From assembly GCF_964194155.1 (NCBI RefSeq), contig NC_135891.1, positions 100,378,001-100,442,000 of the forward strand: a stretch of DNA of 64,000 bases, given 5' to 3'. Below are positions 50,286 through 63,480 of this stretch, in pieces. Both the position numbers and the translations under genes were made by a program. How positions within the stretch are numbered: position 1 is the stretch's first letter; each line of letters starts with the position of its first letter. Source of the DNA: Cetorhinus maximus (taxonomy: Eukaryota). The notes below the pieces were generated by a model that was given only the letters and a program-made list of their open reading frames with translations, did not search any database and was not told the origin of the DNA.

Positions 50286-50705
50286 CTGAAGGTGATTTTT
50301 CTCCCTCAATTAGACATTGGGATTGTATGAACTATTCCACATCTAAGAGTGTAAGTGGGCAAACAACTTGTTCCCAAGCCTCCGCTAAATTCTGCTCATC
50401 ACGTGGATGTGAGGTGGCATTACCAACACTGGTTGGACGTATTTCTGGTGGTTTTATCACATGACATCCCGGCTCTGTCCTCGGGATTGTCTGCCCAGTC
50501 ATCCCCACCTCAAATATTTTTCACGACTATTTGAGGTGAGGCACTATTTCTGGTTTAAAGAAACTGAAAAATGAGGCATATTTATTTTTTAACGCCGCTA
50601 TGATTTTTCTTATGGGTTGCTCAGAGCAGTGTCCAGGAAATGAATCTTTAATTCTTGAAGACTCTAGGACAATCCTGTTACTGAAGTTGGCTCACCCTCT
50701 GTCTA

Positions 50706-51205
50706 TCATAAGACCATAAGACATAGGAGCAGAAATTAGACCATTTGGCCCATCGAGTCTGCTCCACCATTCAATCATGGATGATAAGTTTCTCAACCCC
50801 ATTCTCCTGCCTTCTCCCCGTAACCTTTGATTCCCTTACCAATCAAGAACCTATCTATCTCGGTCTTAAATACACTCAATGACCTGGCCTCCACAGCCTT
50901 CTGTGGCAATGAATTCCATAGATTCACCACTCTCTGGCTAAAGAAGTTTCTCCTCATCTCTGTTCTACAAGGTCTTCCCTTTACTCTGAGGCTGTGCCCT
51001 CGGGTCCTAGTCTCTCCTACTAATGGAAACATCTTCCCCACGTCCACTCTATCCAGGCCTTTCAGTATTCTGTAAGTTTCAATCAGATTCCCCCCTCATC
51101 CTTCTAAACTCCATCGAGTATAGACCCAGAGTCCTCAAACGTTCCTCATATGTTAAGCCTTTCATTCCTGGGATCGTTCTCGTGTACCTCCTCTGGACCC
51201 TCCTT
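50706..51205 (-). mobile_element. CR1 (HER1-like) LINE 3' end
   Basis: TRTRGHSLRVKG...RRNFFSQRVVNLWNSLP; tail cataagaccataagacatagg. Confidence 0.88.
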
Positions 51206-51689
51206 CCCCATGGTAAGGAACTGTCATGTCCTTGGCACCTCTCCCAACAGCATAACTAAAATGCGGAGGGATTTCTTAGGTAAGCTGACTTGCATATTGA
51301 TACATCAACACACTGTTCTGTTGTGCCACCATGACATTACATTAATTCTATTAACAGTCTGTCTCGGGCTCATAAATTCACATTCACCCAACAGTGACCT
51401 CTGAGTGTACACAGGCTCTGTTTTTAATTTAAGCAAGCATTTATTACTTAAATAACATTAAAACATGATCAAAGGGAAGTAATTAGCGGAATTCATTTAG
51501 GAAGGATCTGATGTTTAATTTTCTATTGAGGGAAAGGTATTCTGTCTGAACAAATTAGAACTTTGTAAATTAGTTCTCCATGTTTACTAGGATCATGTTG
51601 CTGAAACTGTGCTTCTGCTTGGTGTTAGCTTGCATGGACTACATTTAACATGCCTTATTGATGGTCCCTGAGGGCCTTGTAGGCAAAGG

Positions 51690-52035
51690 CACTGGCTGGT
51701 GAGTATACATAGATCAGAAGATCACAGGTTCAAATGCTGAGTTTGCTGGTCTCAACCAGGGCCCTATGTAAGATGCAGAAATTAACTTCAGCACCCAACA
51801 TTCCAGCACCTATTTATTATCCGGTGGCCACTGGGTGGAAAATTGTGTGGATGTTGGATGAGGACAGGGTTACCTTGGCTATGATGCACCAACTCGCTGC
51901 CAATATTCAGTGACAAAGCTCATACGGGAACAACTGGAGCAGGATCACCAAAGGGCTGTTTGCCAGCTCTGGAAATGTTCCTCCAGCAATTGTCAACACC
52001 TTCAAGACAGGAGGCAAGAGAGAAAAATTAGGAAG
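51690..52035 (+). mobile_element. Probable old tRNA-derived SINE
   Basis: B-box-like caggttcaaatg near the 5' end and a purine-rich tail; strongly decayed. Confidence 0.35.
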
Positions 52036-52334
52036 AGCAAAATATCATGTTGACATGCATGGGACCAAATTGCCTCTTCTGAAGGTAACCTGGATAGGAC
52101 AGGAAAATCTTCAACACTTCACCATCCACTTCGGGAGTTTACGGCCAGAAATAACTTTGGGTGTATAATGTATCCACCCAAATATTATGATTCGACATAA
52201 GGAACCGCCCAACATCTTTCCCATCATTTTCACATCAATAGTGCAAGCTACCAGTGTTATATGGGCTGCGTTGGTGGCAGGAATTTAAGATTTAAACAGC
52301 TGCCTTTACTAGTTCAATTGCTGGCAACATTTTA

Positions 52335-52950
52335 AAAGACTGGAGGAACTTGGAGAGTTAGGAGTTCAGAAAAACAAATTCTTAAAAAGCGGGAGGACGA
52401 GTTGATGGAAAGCATATGGAATCCCAGGTTTTATAAATATGGGTAACAAGTATTGCACTAAATTAATACAAATCTTTGATTATAGGCTGCATTTGGAACA
52501 TTTTGTCCTATGTTGAGTACCCCAATTTGAAAACGTTATCACAGCCATGACTGGGGGCATAAGAGATTCGCAAGAGTGATACCCGAGTAGTTCTAGTTAG
52601 GAGAGACTAGAGGAACTGGGACTCTTTCTATTAGAGCATTGAAGAGTGAAGTTGGTAGAGACGCGCAAAATTATTTGGTAAAAGGTAAATAGGAAAGGAC
52701 TATATCAACTAGTCAGTAACTAGAAGACATAAACTTAAGAGAGCCACTAAAAAAAAAACAACAGGAGAGATTAGGGCAGCACAGAAAGCTGTTAGGAAGT
52801 CAAATTCCCTATCAGAAAGCATGCTGGAAGCAGGATCCATAATATTTTAAACGGTATAAAGACAGGAGAATGGAACTAGATGATTTCAGAGAGCTAGTAA
52901 AGGTTTGATGGGGCAAATGGCCTCCTTCACTGTGAAATTTTAGTATTCTA
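52335..52950 (+). mobile_element. Old CR1 3' fragment
   Basis: tacaaatctttgatt..ctgcatttgga (cf. YKSLVRPHLE), agagactagaggaactgggactc, tail ggggcaaatggcctcctt. Confidence 0.6.
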
Positions 52951-53469
52951 ACTGCCTTGCCAAATGAAACTTGGTGGCACTGGAAATGCAACTGCAGTCC
53001 ACCCAAGTTATTCAAGTGAAATCAGATGAGGCCAGGAGGGCAGGCATGAGGTGGGCAAAGTGGTGCCCGACCAAAGTTCTGCCAGTGCGGTGGCTGAGAG
53101 GAAAATCTGCCCCACAATTTATTTAATTTAGTGAATGAAGGTCTCTTAAAATTTGATAAATTCCTGGGTAAAATCCTGATAAAATACAGAAATGTGAGTT
53201 TGTGAATGAAGATCTGTTAAAAACCCATCCCAGTGCATTAATTATCCTATTAGTTTAATCACTGAAAAAGTGCAGATGTACAAACAATACACATTGGGGT
53301 GGAGTTTCCACTTTAAATGCAATTGGTATCCCAGGTACAAATGTAATCAAGATTGTATTACTTTTGAGAAGCATATTCTCTCTTGAGTTTCTGTTCAGCT
53401 TTGCATTTCACCAAATGCAAAATGCCAGCACAATCGGGCAGTGTTTTAAAATGTTGTTCTTTCACATAT

Positions 53470-53836
53470 CACTGATCCTTGTTCCGCTATTAACACATTC
53501 TGCTTTCTTACCCTTATGCCACTATCAGCACCTTCTTTAGCCCTTACCGCCAGCTTTAACACTCCCTTTGTCTTTCTGTCCATGACATCTTCGGCAATCT
53601 CTCCTTAGCCCCCACCTATCACTGGCCTTCTTTCCAGGTTCACCTGCTCCACCCACCTTGAACAGTATAAATTTTAATCACATTTCTACTTCTCTTTAGC
53701 TCTGAAGAAGGGTCATACGGACCCAAAACGTTAACTCTCTTTCTCTCTCCACAGATGCTGACAGACTTGCTGAGTTTTTCCAGCATTTTCTGTTTTTGTT
53801 TCCGATTTCCAGCATCTGCAGTATTTTGCTTTTATT
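53470..53836 (+). mobile_element. Penelope-like terminal fragment with hammerhead motif (53698-53736)
   Basis: agct-CTGAAGA-a-gggtc atacg gaccc-aAAACGTT-aact (G12 lost); colinear with 3050-3378. Confidence 0.75.
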
Positions 53837-54647
53837 TTAAAGTGTATATATATTTTTATCTTGCTTTGAAAATATTCCTTCATATACTTACTTGGTGCAG
53901 TTTGAATAAAACAACTGAAAATGGGTTTATCACAAAAATAAGCACTTTTTTTCATTACAGTGCCTACCCACAACCTGTGTGAGCAGTCTAATTTTAAATA
54001 GCTGAAAATAATCTTTAAAAACATACAGAATCGTTTGTCCTTAATACTGGGATACGTAGTTGATTCCTTGGTAAATTAAAAATAATATTCAAATTCATTT
54101 GAAAGGTTCCTGTCAGTGTCCTTGCACACACAAGAGCCAACTTAATTTTAATATCTCCTTGAGGTTGTTCCACATAATATCTGACCTGTCAGTCTGGTCG
54201 TGGTGGCCGCCAATGGTCCACTGAAAGCGCCGATTAAAAATCCTATTACCTGACCAGACTCACCTATTATTCCCCTCACAGGTTCTTGTTTGTTTATTTT
54301 TTTGGATCTCTTGAAGAAAATGGTTGTAGCGTTTGCTGCTTCACAAAAGGTCACAGATTCTTCCCATGTTTTACTCGAAATGAATTGTGTTCATGTGAGA
54401 GGAAATTATTGAGCGATAGAAGAACATGCAAACTGTGACAAATGGGTGTAGAGGGTTTTCTCAGCTGCTAGAAGTAAATTTAGTTGTGTAGTTTAAACAG
54501 TCTGCACTCCAGTGACAATTCACCTGTGTTTTTTTTTCCCTGCATGGCTAGCTTCTCTTCACTTAGTTCAACTAATAAGACTTTTCACTTTAAATGAACA
54601 GATTTCTGCTCAGTAGTAATTATCATGCTAAAAAACAAGCCTCAGAA

Positions 54648-55170
54648 ATCATATGAACATGCGAGCAAGGAGGAGTAGGCCATTCGGCCCCTCGAGCCTT
54701 CTCCGCCATTTGATAAGATCATGGCTGATCTGATAGTAACCTGAAATCTGCATCCCACCTACCCCCGATAACCTATCACCCCCTTTGCTTACCAAGAATA
54801 GATCCATCTCTGCCTTAGAAATATTCAAAGGCTCTGCTTCCCCCACCTTTTCAGGAAGAGAATCCCAAAGACTCACGACCCTCTGAGAGAAAAAATTGCG
54901 CCTCATCTCCATTCTAAATGGGCGACCCCTTATTTTTAAACAGTGACCCCTAGTTCTGGATTTTTGCACAAGGGGAAACATCCTCTCTACATCCACCCTG
55001 GCAAAACCCCTCAGGATCATATATGTTTCAATCAAGTCGCTTCCTACTCTTCTAAACTCCAGCAGATACAAGCCTAGTCTGTCCAACCTTTTCTCATTAG
55101 ACAACCCACCCATTCCAGATATTAGTCTGGTAAACCTTCTCTGAACTGCTTCCAACATTTACATCCTTAC
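54648..55170 (-). mobile_element. CR1 LINE 3' end
   Basis: LEAVQRRFTRLISGM...SRTRGHCLKIRG...FFSQRVVSLWDSLP. Confidence 0.88.
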
Positions 55171-55464
55171 ATCAAATAGACAACTACTGCTATACAAAGT
55201 CCTACAGGGTAGTGATAACCATAAACAGGTAAAACTTTCTGGGTAAGGCAGGTGTGTCTGAACAAAGAGGAAGTGCTGTTACCAGGCAGAAGTGGATAGA
55301 TTCTTGGTCAGGAAGAGGGTGATAGGTTATCCATTTAAAAATAAAACAGCTACAAACTTTCAAAGAAAAAGCTGCAGATTCTGGAAATCTGAAATAAAAC
55401 AAAACATGCTGGAAATACTCAGCATGTCTGGCAGCATCTGTGGAGAGAGAAACCGGAGCTTAAC

Positions 55465-57732
55465 AGGTGGAATTTCTGCTGGCCTGAGCTGCAGGGAGTG
55501 GGTTGAACAGAAAGTGGTGAGGGTCCCTGATGTCTCTGATATCAGCTCCCTCCCACCTAGATCGTCAGATTAAGCCTCCAGCTGGGTGACAGCTGCAGGT
55601 AAGTCAGAGCTGGGGAGGGGGATTGCCCAGGCAATGGAGATTGTATTCCACTCGGGAGGCAGGGGAGCAAATGGGTGTGTTGGTCGGCAGTGCGGGGCAG
55701 GGGGGCATGTTCAGAGAAGTGGGGGAGGTTGATCGGTTGGGCTGCCCATCCTGGGCATTGGAGGGTGAAGTTAGGGCCTGAGGGGAGGGAGGTCAGGCTG
55801 AGGCGAGGGAGGTCAGGGGCCTGGGGGTGGGAGGGGGTGCTGCATAGAAACATAGAAAAATAGAAGCAGGAGTAGGTCATTCGGCCCTTCAAGCCTGTTC
55901 CGCCATTCAATATGATCATGGCTGATCCCCTATCTCAACGCCATACTCCCACTCTCTCCCCATACCCCTTGATACCTTTAGAGTCTAGAAATCTATCTAT
56001 TTCCTTCTTAAGTATATTCAGTGACTTGGCCTCCACAGCTTTTGTGGTAGAGAATTCCACAGGTTCACCACCCTCTGAGTGAAGAAGTTTCTCCTCATCT
56101 TAGTCCTAAATGGCCTACCCCGTATCCTGAGACTGTGACCCCTTATTCTAGAACCCCTAGCCAGAGGAAACATCATCCCTGCATCCGGTCTGTCCAGCCC
56201 TGTCAGAAATTTATACATATCAATGAGATCCCCTTTCATTCTTCTAAACCCCAGTTAATACAGGCCTAGTCGGCCCAATCTCTCCTCATACGACAATCCT
56301 GCCATCCCAGGAATCAGTCTGGTGAACCTTCGCTGCGCTCCCTCTATGGTGAGTATATCCTTTCTTAAGTAAGGAGACCGAAACTGCATGCAATACTCCA
56401 GATGTGGTCTCACCAAGGCCCTATACAGCTGCAGTAAGACCCTGTACTCAAGTCCTCTCGCAATGAAGGCAAGCATACCATTTGCATTCTTAACTGCTTG
56501 CTGCATGCTTGCTTTCAGTGATTGGTGTACAAGGACATCCAGGTCCCTTTGTACATCGACATTTTCCAATCTATCACCATTTAAATAATACTCTGCCATT
56601 CTGTTTTTCCTACCACACTTATCCACTTTATACTGCATCCGCCATGTATTTGCCCACTCACTCGACTTGTTTAAATCGCCTTGAAGCCTCTTTACATCCT
56701 CCTCACCACTCATGTTCCCATCTAGTTTTGTGTCAACGGCAAACGTGGAAACATTACATTTGGTTCCCTCATTCAAATCATTGATATATATTGTGAGTAG
56801 CTGGGGCTCAAGCATTGATTGCCGCAGCACCCCACTAGACACCGCCTGCCATTCAGAAAAAGACCCATTTATTCCCACTCTCTGTTTCCTGTCTGCTAAC
56901 CAATTCTCAATCCATGCCAATATATTACCCCCGATCCCATGTGCTTTAATTTTGCACACTGACCTCTTATGTGGGACTTTATCAAAAGCTTTCTGAAAAT
57001 CCAAATACACCACATCCACTGGTTCTCCCTCATCTATTCTACTCAAAAAACTCCAGTAGGTTTGTCAAACATGTTTCCCTTCATAAATCCATGTTGACTT
57101 TGTCTAATCCTGTTGATATTTTCTAAGTGTCCTGTTATCACATCCTTTATAATAGACTCTAGCACTTTCTCTACCATGGTTGGAAGTCATGTGGTGGGGT
57201 GATCCATAGACCTAGTGGATTGGAGGCCTTAGGGGGGAAAGGCAGAATCAGGGCCTGGTAGCGGTGGGAAGATCAGGGTCCCGTCGTGGTGGGGCGGCCT
57301 CATGGTGGAGTAGGCCGGGGGCCGACTGGTTGAGGCCTACGGCAGAGGCCTCAAGATGGGACAGAGGCTTCGTGTGATGGTCATTGGTGGAGAGGCCTCA
57401 TCGCGGAGGCACCTCAGGCAGGCACCTGGATCCAGGAGGTGGGAGTGAGGACACTTAGTCCCTAAACCCACCAAGTCCTTGCCTCAGTGAAGTTTCCCAC
57501 TATCAGGAAACAAGATAAATCTGAATGACAATGTGGCTTGCAGCCTCATTATCATATTTAAAGCTGCAACCAGCCTCCTTATTGGGTTGGTCGCCCAACC
57601 AACTTTCGGCCTCAGCTGAAGCTGAAAAACGGGTGGTTTGGAGATAGGTTTGGATTGGCCAAAAGATTTCTCAGACTTTAACCTCACCGCCCAACCCAAA
57701 CCCACTCATTTTTGTAGGTTAAAATTCAGCCC
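55465..57732. mobile_element. Harbinger-type MITE containing a CR1 insertion
   Basis: Ends aggtggaattt / aaaattcagccc; exact TSD AAC (55462-55464, 57733-57735). Confidence 0.72.
55843..57174 (-). mobile_element. 5'-truncated CR1 (HER1-like) LINE with RT pseudogene
   Basis: VDVVYLDFQKAFDKVPH, WIENWLADRKQRV, FAVDTKL, LYRALVRPHLEYC; tail catagaaacatagaa. Confidence 0.92.
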
Positions 57733-58773
57733 AACATTTCAGGCCTGTCCTGACTGCAGGTCATCCGCCTGAAACATTGACCCTGTCTCTGTCTCTACAA
57801 ATGCTGCCGAGTATTTCCACCATTTTCAGTGTTTATTTGAGCTAAGGAGGCTGACTTCACATAACTGTTGAAATGGCAAATGACTCTTCTGCATCACTAA
57901 CAAAGAAACTTTCATTTTCATCAATGTTTCCAAATACTTATAATTAAACAGTAATTATTTATAACAATACGAGCACTTGCAAACAGTTATTGAGACTGAT
58001 AGTATATTGAAACAGAATTGTGATTGATACTAATTTCTATAATTTCAATGAATAGCTGAATGCTTAATATATTTGTGTGACATTCCTCTGTCTGGTATTT
58101 TAGCTTGTACAAAATAAACAGTGCTAAATTAGTGGACAAAGGAACAAATGAACATGATGAGATTCCAAGCACCATAAATAGTTTCTAGGCTATGATCTGC
58201 AAAGCCATGTCAGTTAATGAATCTCGTTCTGGTACTAATTCAGTTCCCTCACATCCAGTCCCTGCTGTTGTTGAAAGTAGGATAAAAATGTAAACGGACT
58301 TCAAAATGATTCAATCACCAAGGTCGAACCATTTTGACAAATTCCAGCTGTACAATTCCAGGGCGCTGGTGCATATTGTATGAAAGCCTAAACTGCTGCA
58401 TAATGCTGGGATACTTGTGCCCATTGAAGAAAGGATTAACTGCATTATAATCCCAGCACTGTAGTACACAATGTATGCAAATATTATCTTGTCTATAACT
58501 CCAGTTTACTAGGGTACATTATATGAGAATAGTAACTGTTGATTACTCCATTGTGGTTGTTGTCAGAGAAACAAGGAAATTTATGCCAACATTAAAGAAA
58601 GTTATTGAAATGAATGTGTGTTATTTAAATGCTGTGGCACAGTGCCGACATTTAATCATTTGCTCTCCAATTTTCCATTTTCCCTCAAGCCCCATGATTT
58701 CCATTCATTTATTTTCAGCAGGGAGCTTGTGAGGACGCCAGGCTACTGATCCCTTACAACATGCAGCATCTGC

Positions 58774-59050
58774 GGGTGGAATTTTCTGTGCCCGATGGCT
58801 TCAGTGGCGTGAGCGGACAATATGGCGTGAAGCCCAGGAATCGGTTTCACGACGTTGTGAAATGAGTTTGCGATTGTCCGCTCAGCCCGTTGATGGCGGG
58901 TCGCATTGAGCGTCAGGAACCTCATTGTAATACATCAGCATATCATTATAAGGCCAGCCCACCAGAATCATCCCCACCTCCCCCCGTCCCCATCCACCCT
59001 CCCCCCTCCCCCACTGCCGCTGGATCGTCCGCCCACGTCGGCATGATTAC
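58774..59050. mobile_element. Harbinger terminal fragment, same family as the right part of 46520-47723
   Basis: gggtggaattttctgtgccc...ggacaatatggcg...aggaacctcattgtaatacatcagcatatcattataag is the reverse complement of ~47530-47720. Confidence 0.75.
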
Positions 59051-60214
59051 ACAGCGGTGCAGAACACGTCTTGACAACTGTGACGTGCAGAAGTTGGGAC
59101 TTACCGCCAGGGCCTTGCTCACATCATTGACATCCGAGGAGCAGAAGATGCTGGAGTCCGACAGCAACAGCACACCGGGGGAACATCCATGTCATTGCTG
59201 GGTGGATTCTCATGGACACGGCTCTGCTGTGAAGCAGCCCACGGAAGGTGGAAAGTCACTGTTGAGGGTCTGCTCGCAACGGATGATGACACTGTGTGTT
59301 GGTAATGGAGGGAATGAATGTTTAAGGTATTGGCTGATGTGAAGGTGATCAGCCAGCATTGTGGTGACCCCATGTAGCATGGGAAAAATCAAAAGAGGAA
59401 GGAAGGTATAAATATCCACATAATAGTTCCTTGAGCATATATCAATGGATAAGTCTATGTGCTTTTATTGCTTTGCAGCCAGTTATTTTCTATTACTGAT
59501 ATCGCATTATAGACAAAATTGTTCACCCCACACCTTTCCATGTTCTTCTCAATCGCATGTCCTGGGACCTCATCCCTAACCTTGGCTATTTGTGCAGTCA
59601 ATGTTTACAGCCCGCCCTGAACGTGCTGGCATCCCACAGAGGAAATGACCCCATGTAAGGAATTATGTTCCTGGAGAGGCCTAGCACAGTTCAGCCCGGC
59701 TTTCCATCTGCCTCACAGTCTTAATCCCAGACCACCTGTCACAAACCATGGCGTGGGTGACCCTTTCTCACCTTCGCCCCCTGAAGAATCACAATGAAGA
59801 AGATAAGCGCCATTCATGTAGCAGGCTGCCGTTCCCAGAACAAAATACCAGCACAAGCAGCTGATTGATCACTGGGAAAGAAAACAGTCAATGCTGTCAC
59901 AGAATAAGCACACGCACCTGGCATATGACTCCCATTTCCAGCAGTATTCCTCTCCCAGGGCTCACCTTAAGAATACACAATACTGTTGTGGCTGATCAGC
60001 TGCAGCTGAGGCCAGTGAAATAAGCATCAGGCACTCCTAAGGCAGATCCCAAATGGAGCGGGGAGTGTGTGTTAGCCTGCGTTATCTCCAGCACTGAGCT
60101 AAGAGTTTAGGCCACCAAAAAAAAAAGCAATAGATGACTCCTGAATGTCAAGTGAGGCTCACAGTTCTCAGAGAGGAAGTGATGTGTTGGTAGGAAGAGG
60201 ACTGGGGATGGTTT

Positions 60215-60685
60215 TGATAATTGTGTCCAATTCTGGGTGCCACACGATAGGGAGGGTGTGAAGGCTTTGACAAAGGTGCAGAGGAGATTTATCAAAACGA
60301 AGAGATTATGTGGAGAGACTAGGCTAGGTTTGTTCTCCTTACAACAGTGAAGGTTAAGGGGAGATTTAATAGAACTCTTCAAAATTATGTGGATTTTGAT
60401 GGAGTACGTGAGGAAGAACGGTTTCCACTGGCAGGAGGGTCAGAGGTCGTGGATTTAAGATAATTGGCAGAAGAACCGGGTGGGAGATGAGGAAAATTTA
60501 TTTTGTGCAGTGAGTTGTTATGATCTAGAACGCATTGCCTGGAGCACTTTCAATAGTAACTTTCAAAAGGGGGTTGGATAAATACTTGATAGAGCAGTGG
60601 AATGGGACTAATCGGCTGGCTCTTTGAAGAAGGTGACATGGGCAGGACAATGGTATCCTGTGCTCTACTATTCCAGGGTTCTACA
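60215..60685 (+). mobile_element. Old CR1 3' fragment
   Basis: tgtgtccaattctgg, aaggtgcagaggagattt, gggagatttaataga, tttgtgcagtgagttgttatgatctagaacgcattgcct. Confidence 0.68.
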
Positions 60686-62293
60686 ATGTACAGATACGCT
60701 ATTACATGTGGCCTATTAAATAATGATGATTTTAACATTATTAATTGTACATAAATATAAGAATATAACTTGGGGTGCTGAGAAGCATTCTTTCTACATG
60801 ATCTGAGCTTATCCTTAGACACATATCACACTGGGATGTGAGGGGGCAGTTGTTCCCCTTTGTCTCCTGGCCTGCAGTTAGCAGATGCTGGCAGATTCCT
60901 CTTCCTTTCCAACCCCGATGCACCTTCCTTGCCCGTGGCGCAACCCCAAGAGCTTATCTTTCCACTCCTATCTGAGCCAAAAAGTGAAAGGAGAGTGTGA
61001 GATTGGGACACATCTTGAAAGACAGAGACACACATTCAAAGAGATGGGACAGAATCGATGTGAGAATCAAACAAGAGGGAGAGACCTAGTCCGGAATTTT
61101 CCAGCCCAGTTAGCGTTGGGTGTCATGGTAGTGGTTGGGTGGGTGGGGGACAATATGGCGAGAAGGCCAAAAACCTGTTTTATGCCCTGTGAAACCAGTT
61201 TGCTCCACCCGTCAGTGCTGGGCCCCGTTTCCTGTCGCCACACATCGGGAACGGCATTTTAATACATTTGCATCGAATTATAAGCCCTGCTCGCCAGAAT
61301 CATCCCCCCACATCGAATTTACTGCCCACGTTGGCATCAGTTCAGAACAGCGTGCTTCATGACTGCCTTTAAAAGGCCTGCATCTGGTGACCTGAACTTC
61401 GAGGGGAAGTCAGGGGTGAGCGCACACAACCTTCTGCAGCGCTCGCAGACATCGCCCGTAGGACAGCAAGGAAGAGGCACCATGTAATCGCAGGGGGCAC
61501 AGGCATGTCGCTTTTACCCGGCTGGCTATCAGTGCGGTGCCAGGGCAAGGGCTCCAGTGCTGGTCAGGCCAGTCGGGGGGTGTGGGGGCAAGGCAGCGCA
61601 GACTGAAGGAAGCACTGGAGCACATTCCGGGGGTGGGAGGAATGTGGGGGGGAGGTGAGGGAAGCCGCTTGGAAAAGATTCAAAAGTGAGCATTACTCTG
61701 CAGCTGAGACTGTTCAGCAGCAGCTCCAGTGACATGTTTGGAATTCGGCCTCTGAAGTGTTTTTTCCCACTCAAGCGACGCAAAAGCATGAAAATGCCAC
61801 CAAATGTTCCAGAACTTTTCACCCCTCAGGCACAGACTGCAAATTAACGTGTGTTTAGGGGGCAGCAGAACAATTGGCCGATTGGACAAGTTGTACATTC
61901 CCCTAGTGAAAGGCGGCCATGGTGCAGTCACTGGTGGAGGTGCTCACAGCCCCTTGCAATATCTTTATTAAGGTTTGGACCAGTATCCCTCATGGTTCAA
62001 GCTAACAGTGCAGCCTTGCAGTGCAGGTTAGGAGAATGTCCGCGCCTGAGCTGACAGCACAGCATGCAGCCTAATGGGCAAAGCTAATGTCAATCGGTCA
62101 AGTGGAGGAGGGTGGAGGAGGGTGGGCTTTCGGACAGCCAGTGAGCGCACTACACACTGGCCATCCAAGTGGTGGCCAGCACTCTCCTGCATGCGTGAAG
62201 GGGCTTTCAGACTTAACCAAGAGAGGTTCTTACACACATATGATAACCCACATGTCTCTCTCTTTGATGCTACAAGAGGAGAACATCAGGATC

Positions 62294-63480
62294 ATGGAGC
62301 CTGGTGATTAGCGGTTTACAGGGAGTAGAGAAGAAGAAGAGAGTGGCGAAGGTGCCTGGCTCAGCAAAGGGAGGAGCACCTCCCTCAAGGTGAAGGGGCG
62401 ACAGGGCCACCTGCACACACAGCTGAAGATCCACAGGGAGCCGTCACTCATAGGCACCTCATAGACCCAGGATCTATAGACGGTGCCTGTCATTCCTGCA
62501 GATGACCAAGTACCAGTGTCACTGAAGACTGCACATGTCTAGGGAACTGATTGGTCACAACTGCCACCTGCTGCAGGATTTAACACCACAGCAACATGGA
62601 GGGCATCCACTGCCAATGTCCACGAAAGTGACTGCGATGTTCAATTTTTACGCCGGTTGTTCCTTCCAGGGCTCCACAGGTGGCCTATGTGGGATCTTGC
62701 AAGCCTCCACGCAGATGTGTGTCCAGGAGGTCACAGACACCACATTCACACAGAACTTTGTGCATTTCGCCCGGAATCAGGAAAGCCAGGAAGTAAGAGT
62801 GCAGCAATCTGCGCAGATCTCTGTTTATCCATAGGTGCAGAGTGCCATCGACTGCACTCATATGGTGCTTAGATCTCCGTGGCAACAGGCAGTCAACTAC
62901 GTTAACCGAATGTTCAGCTGGTCTGCGACCACCACAGACACATCTTGCAGGTCTGCGCACAATTCCCAGGGAGCGTCCATGATTCCTACATCCTTAGCAG
63001 GTCTCAGATCCCTGACATCTTCCAGGGCCCAGAGAGGCTGCAGGGATGGCTCCTCGGGGACAAGGGCTACCCACAGAAGATGTGGCTGATGACACCCATG
63101 CAGTGGCCTCAGATTGCAGCAGAGCCATGGTACAACAAGGCTCATGCCACGACCTGGACTTTGGTGGAGCAAACGATAGGTATTTTGAAAATGAGGTTCC
63201 GGTCCCACAATAGGACCGCTGGAGCACTGCAATACAGTTCCCAGAGGGTGTCGCACATCATCATTGATTGCTGTGCGCTCCACACTCTGGCGTTGCAACA
63301 GGAGGAGGACCTGGCTGAGCAGGAGATGCAGGAGATGCACATCTCCTCCAATGAGGAAGATGTCAAAAGGGGTGACGTTGATGAGGCCCTTGAAGGCGAG
63401 GATGTCAGTGATAAAGCCATCATACTGACCAGATGAGGCAGGCATGCTCGGGAGGCCCTCATAGCCGCAAGATTCATGGG
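62294..63480 (+). pseudogene. Harbinger DDE transposase (HARBI1-like family), frameshifted
   Basis: GGHPLPMSTKV, QSAIDCTHMVL, QFPGSVHDSYIL, WLLGDKGYP, YNKAH...VEQTIGILKMRFR, CCALH; split over several frames. Confidence 0.9.

Larger units (their letters stand above)
55365..57838. mobile_element. Fold-back Penelope-derived repeat split by a MITE (arms 55365-55464 and 57733-57838)
   Basis: Left arm is the reverse-oriented pLTR block, right arm the forward block with a decayed ctga..cctgaaacatt motif. Confidence 0.65.

Noticed and set aside
54230-54330. Possible small minus-strand exon ending at a strong donor (aatag|gtgagt)
   Set aside because: No recognisable protein in any frame and no partner exons; isolated splice-like words are common.
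62294-63480. Domesticated HARBI1 host gene
   Set aside because: Frameshifts, stops and a missing KGFHS segment, and it lies inside a TIR-bearing element, so it is a transposon copy.
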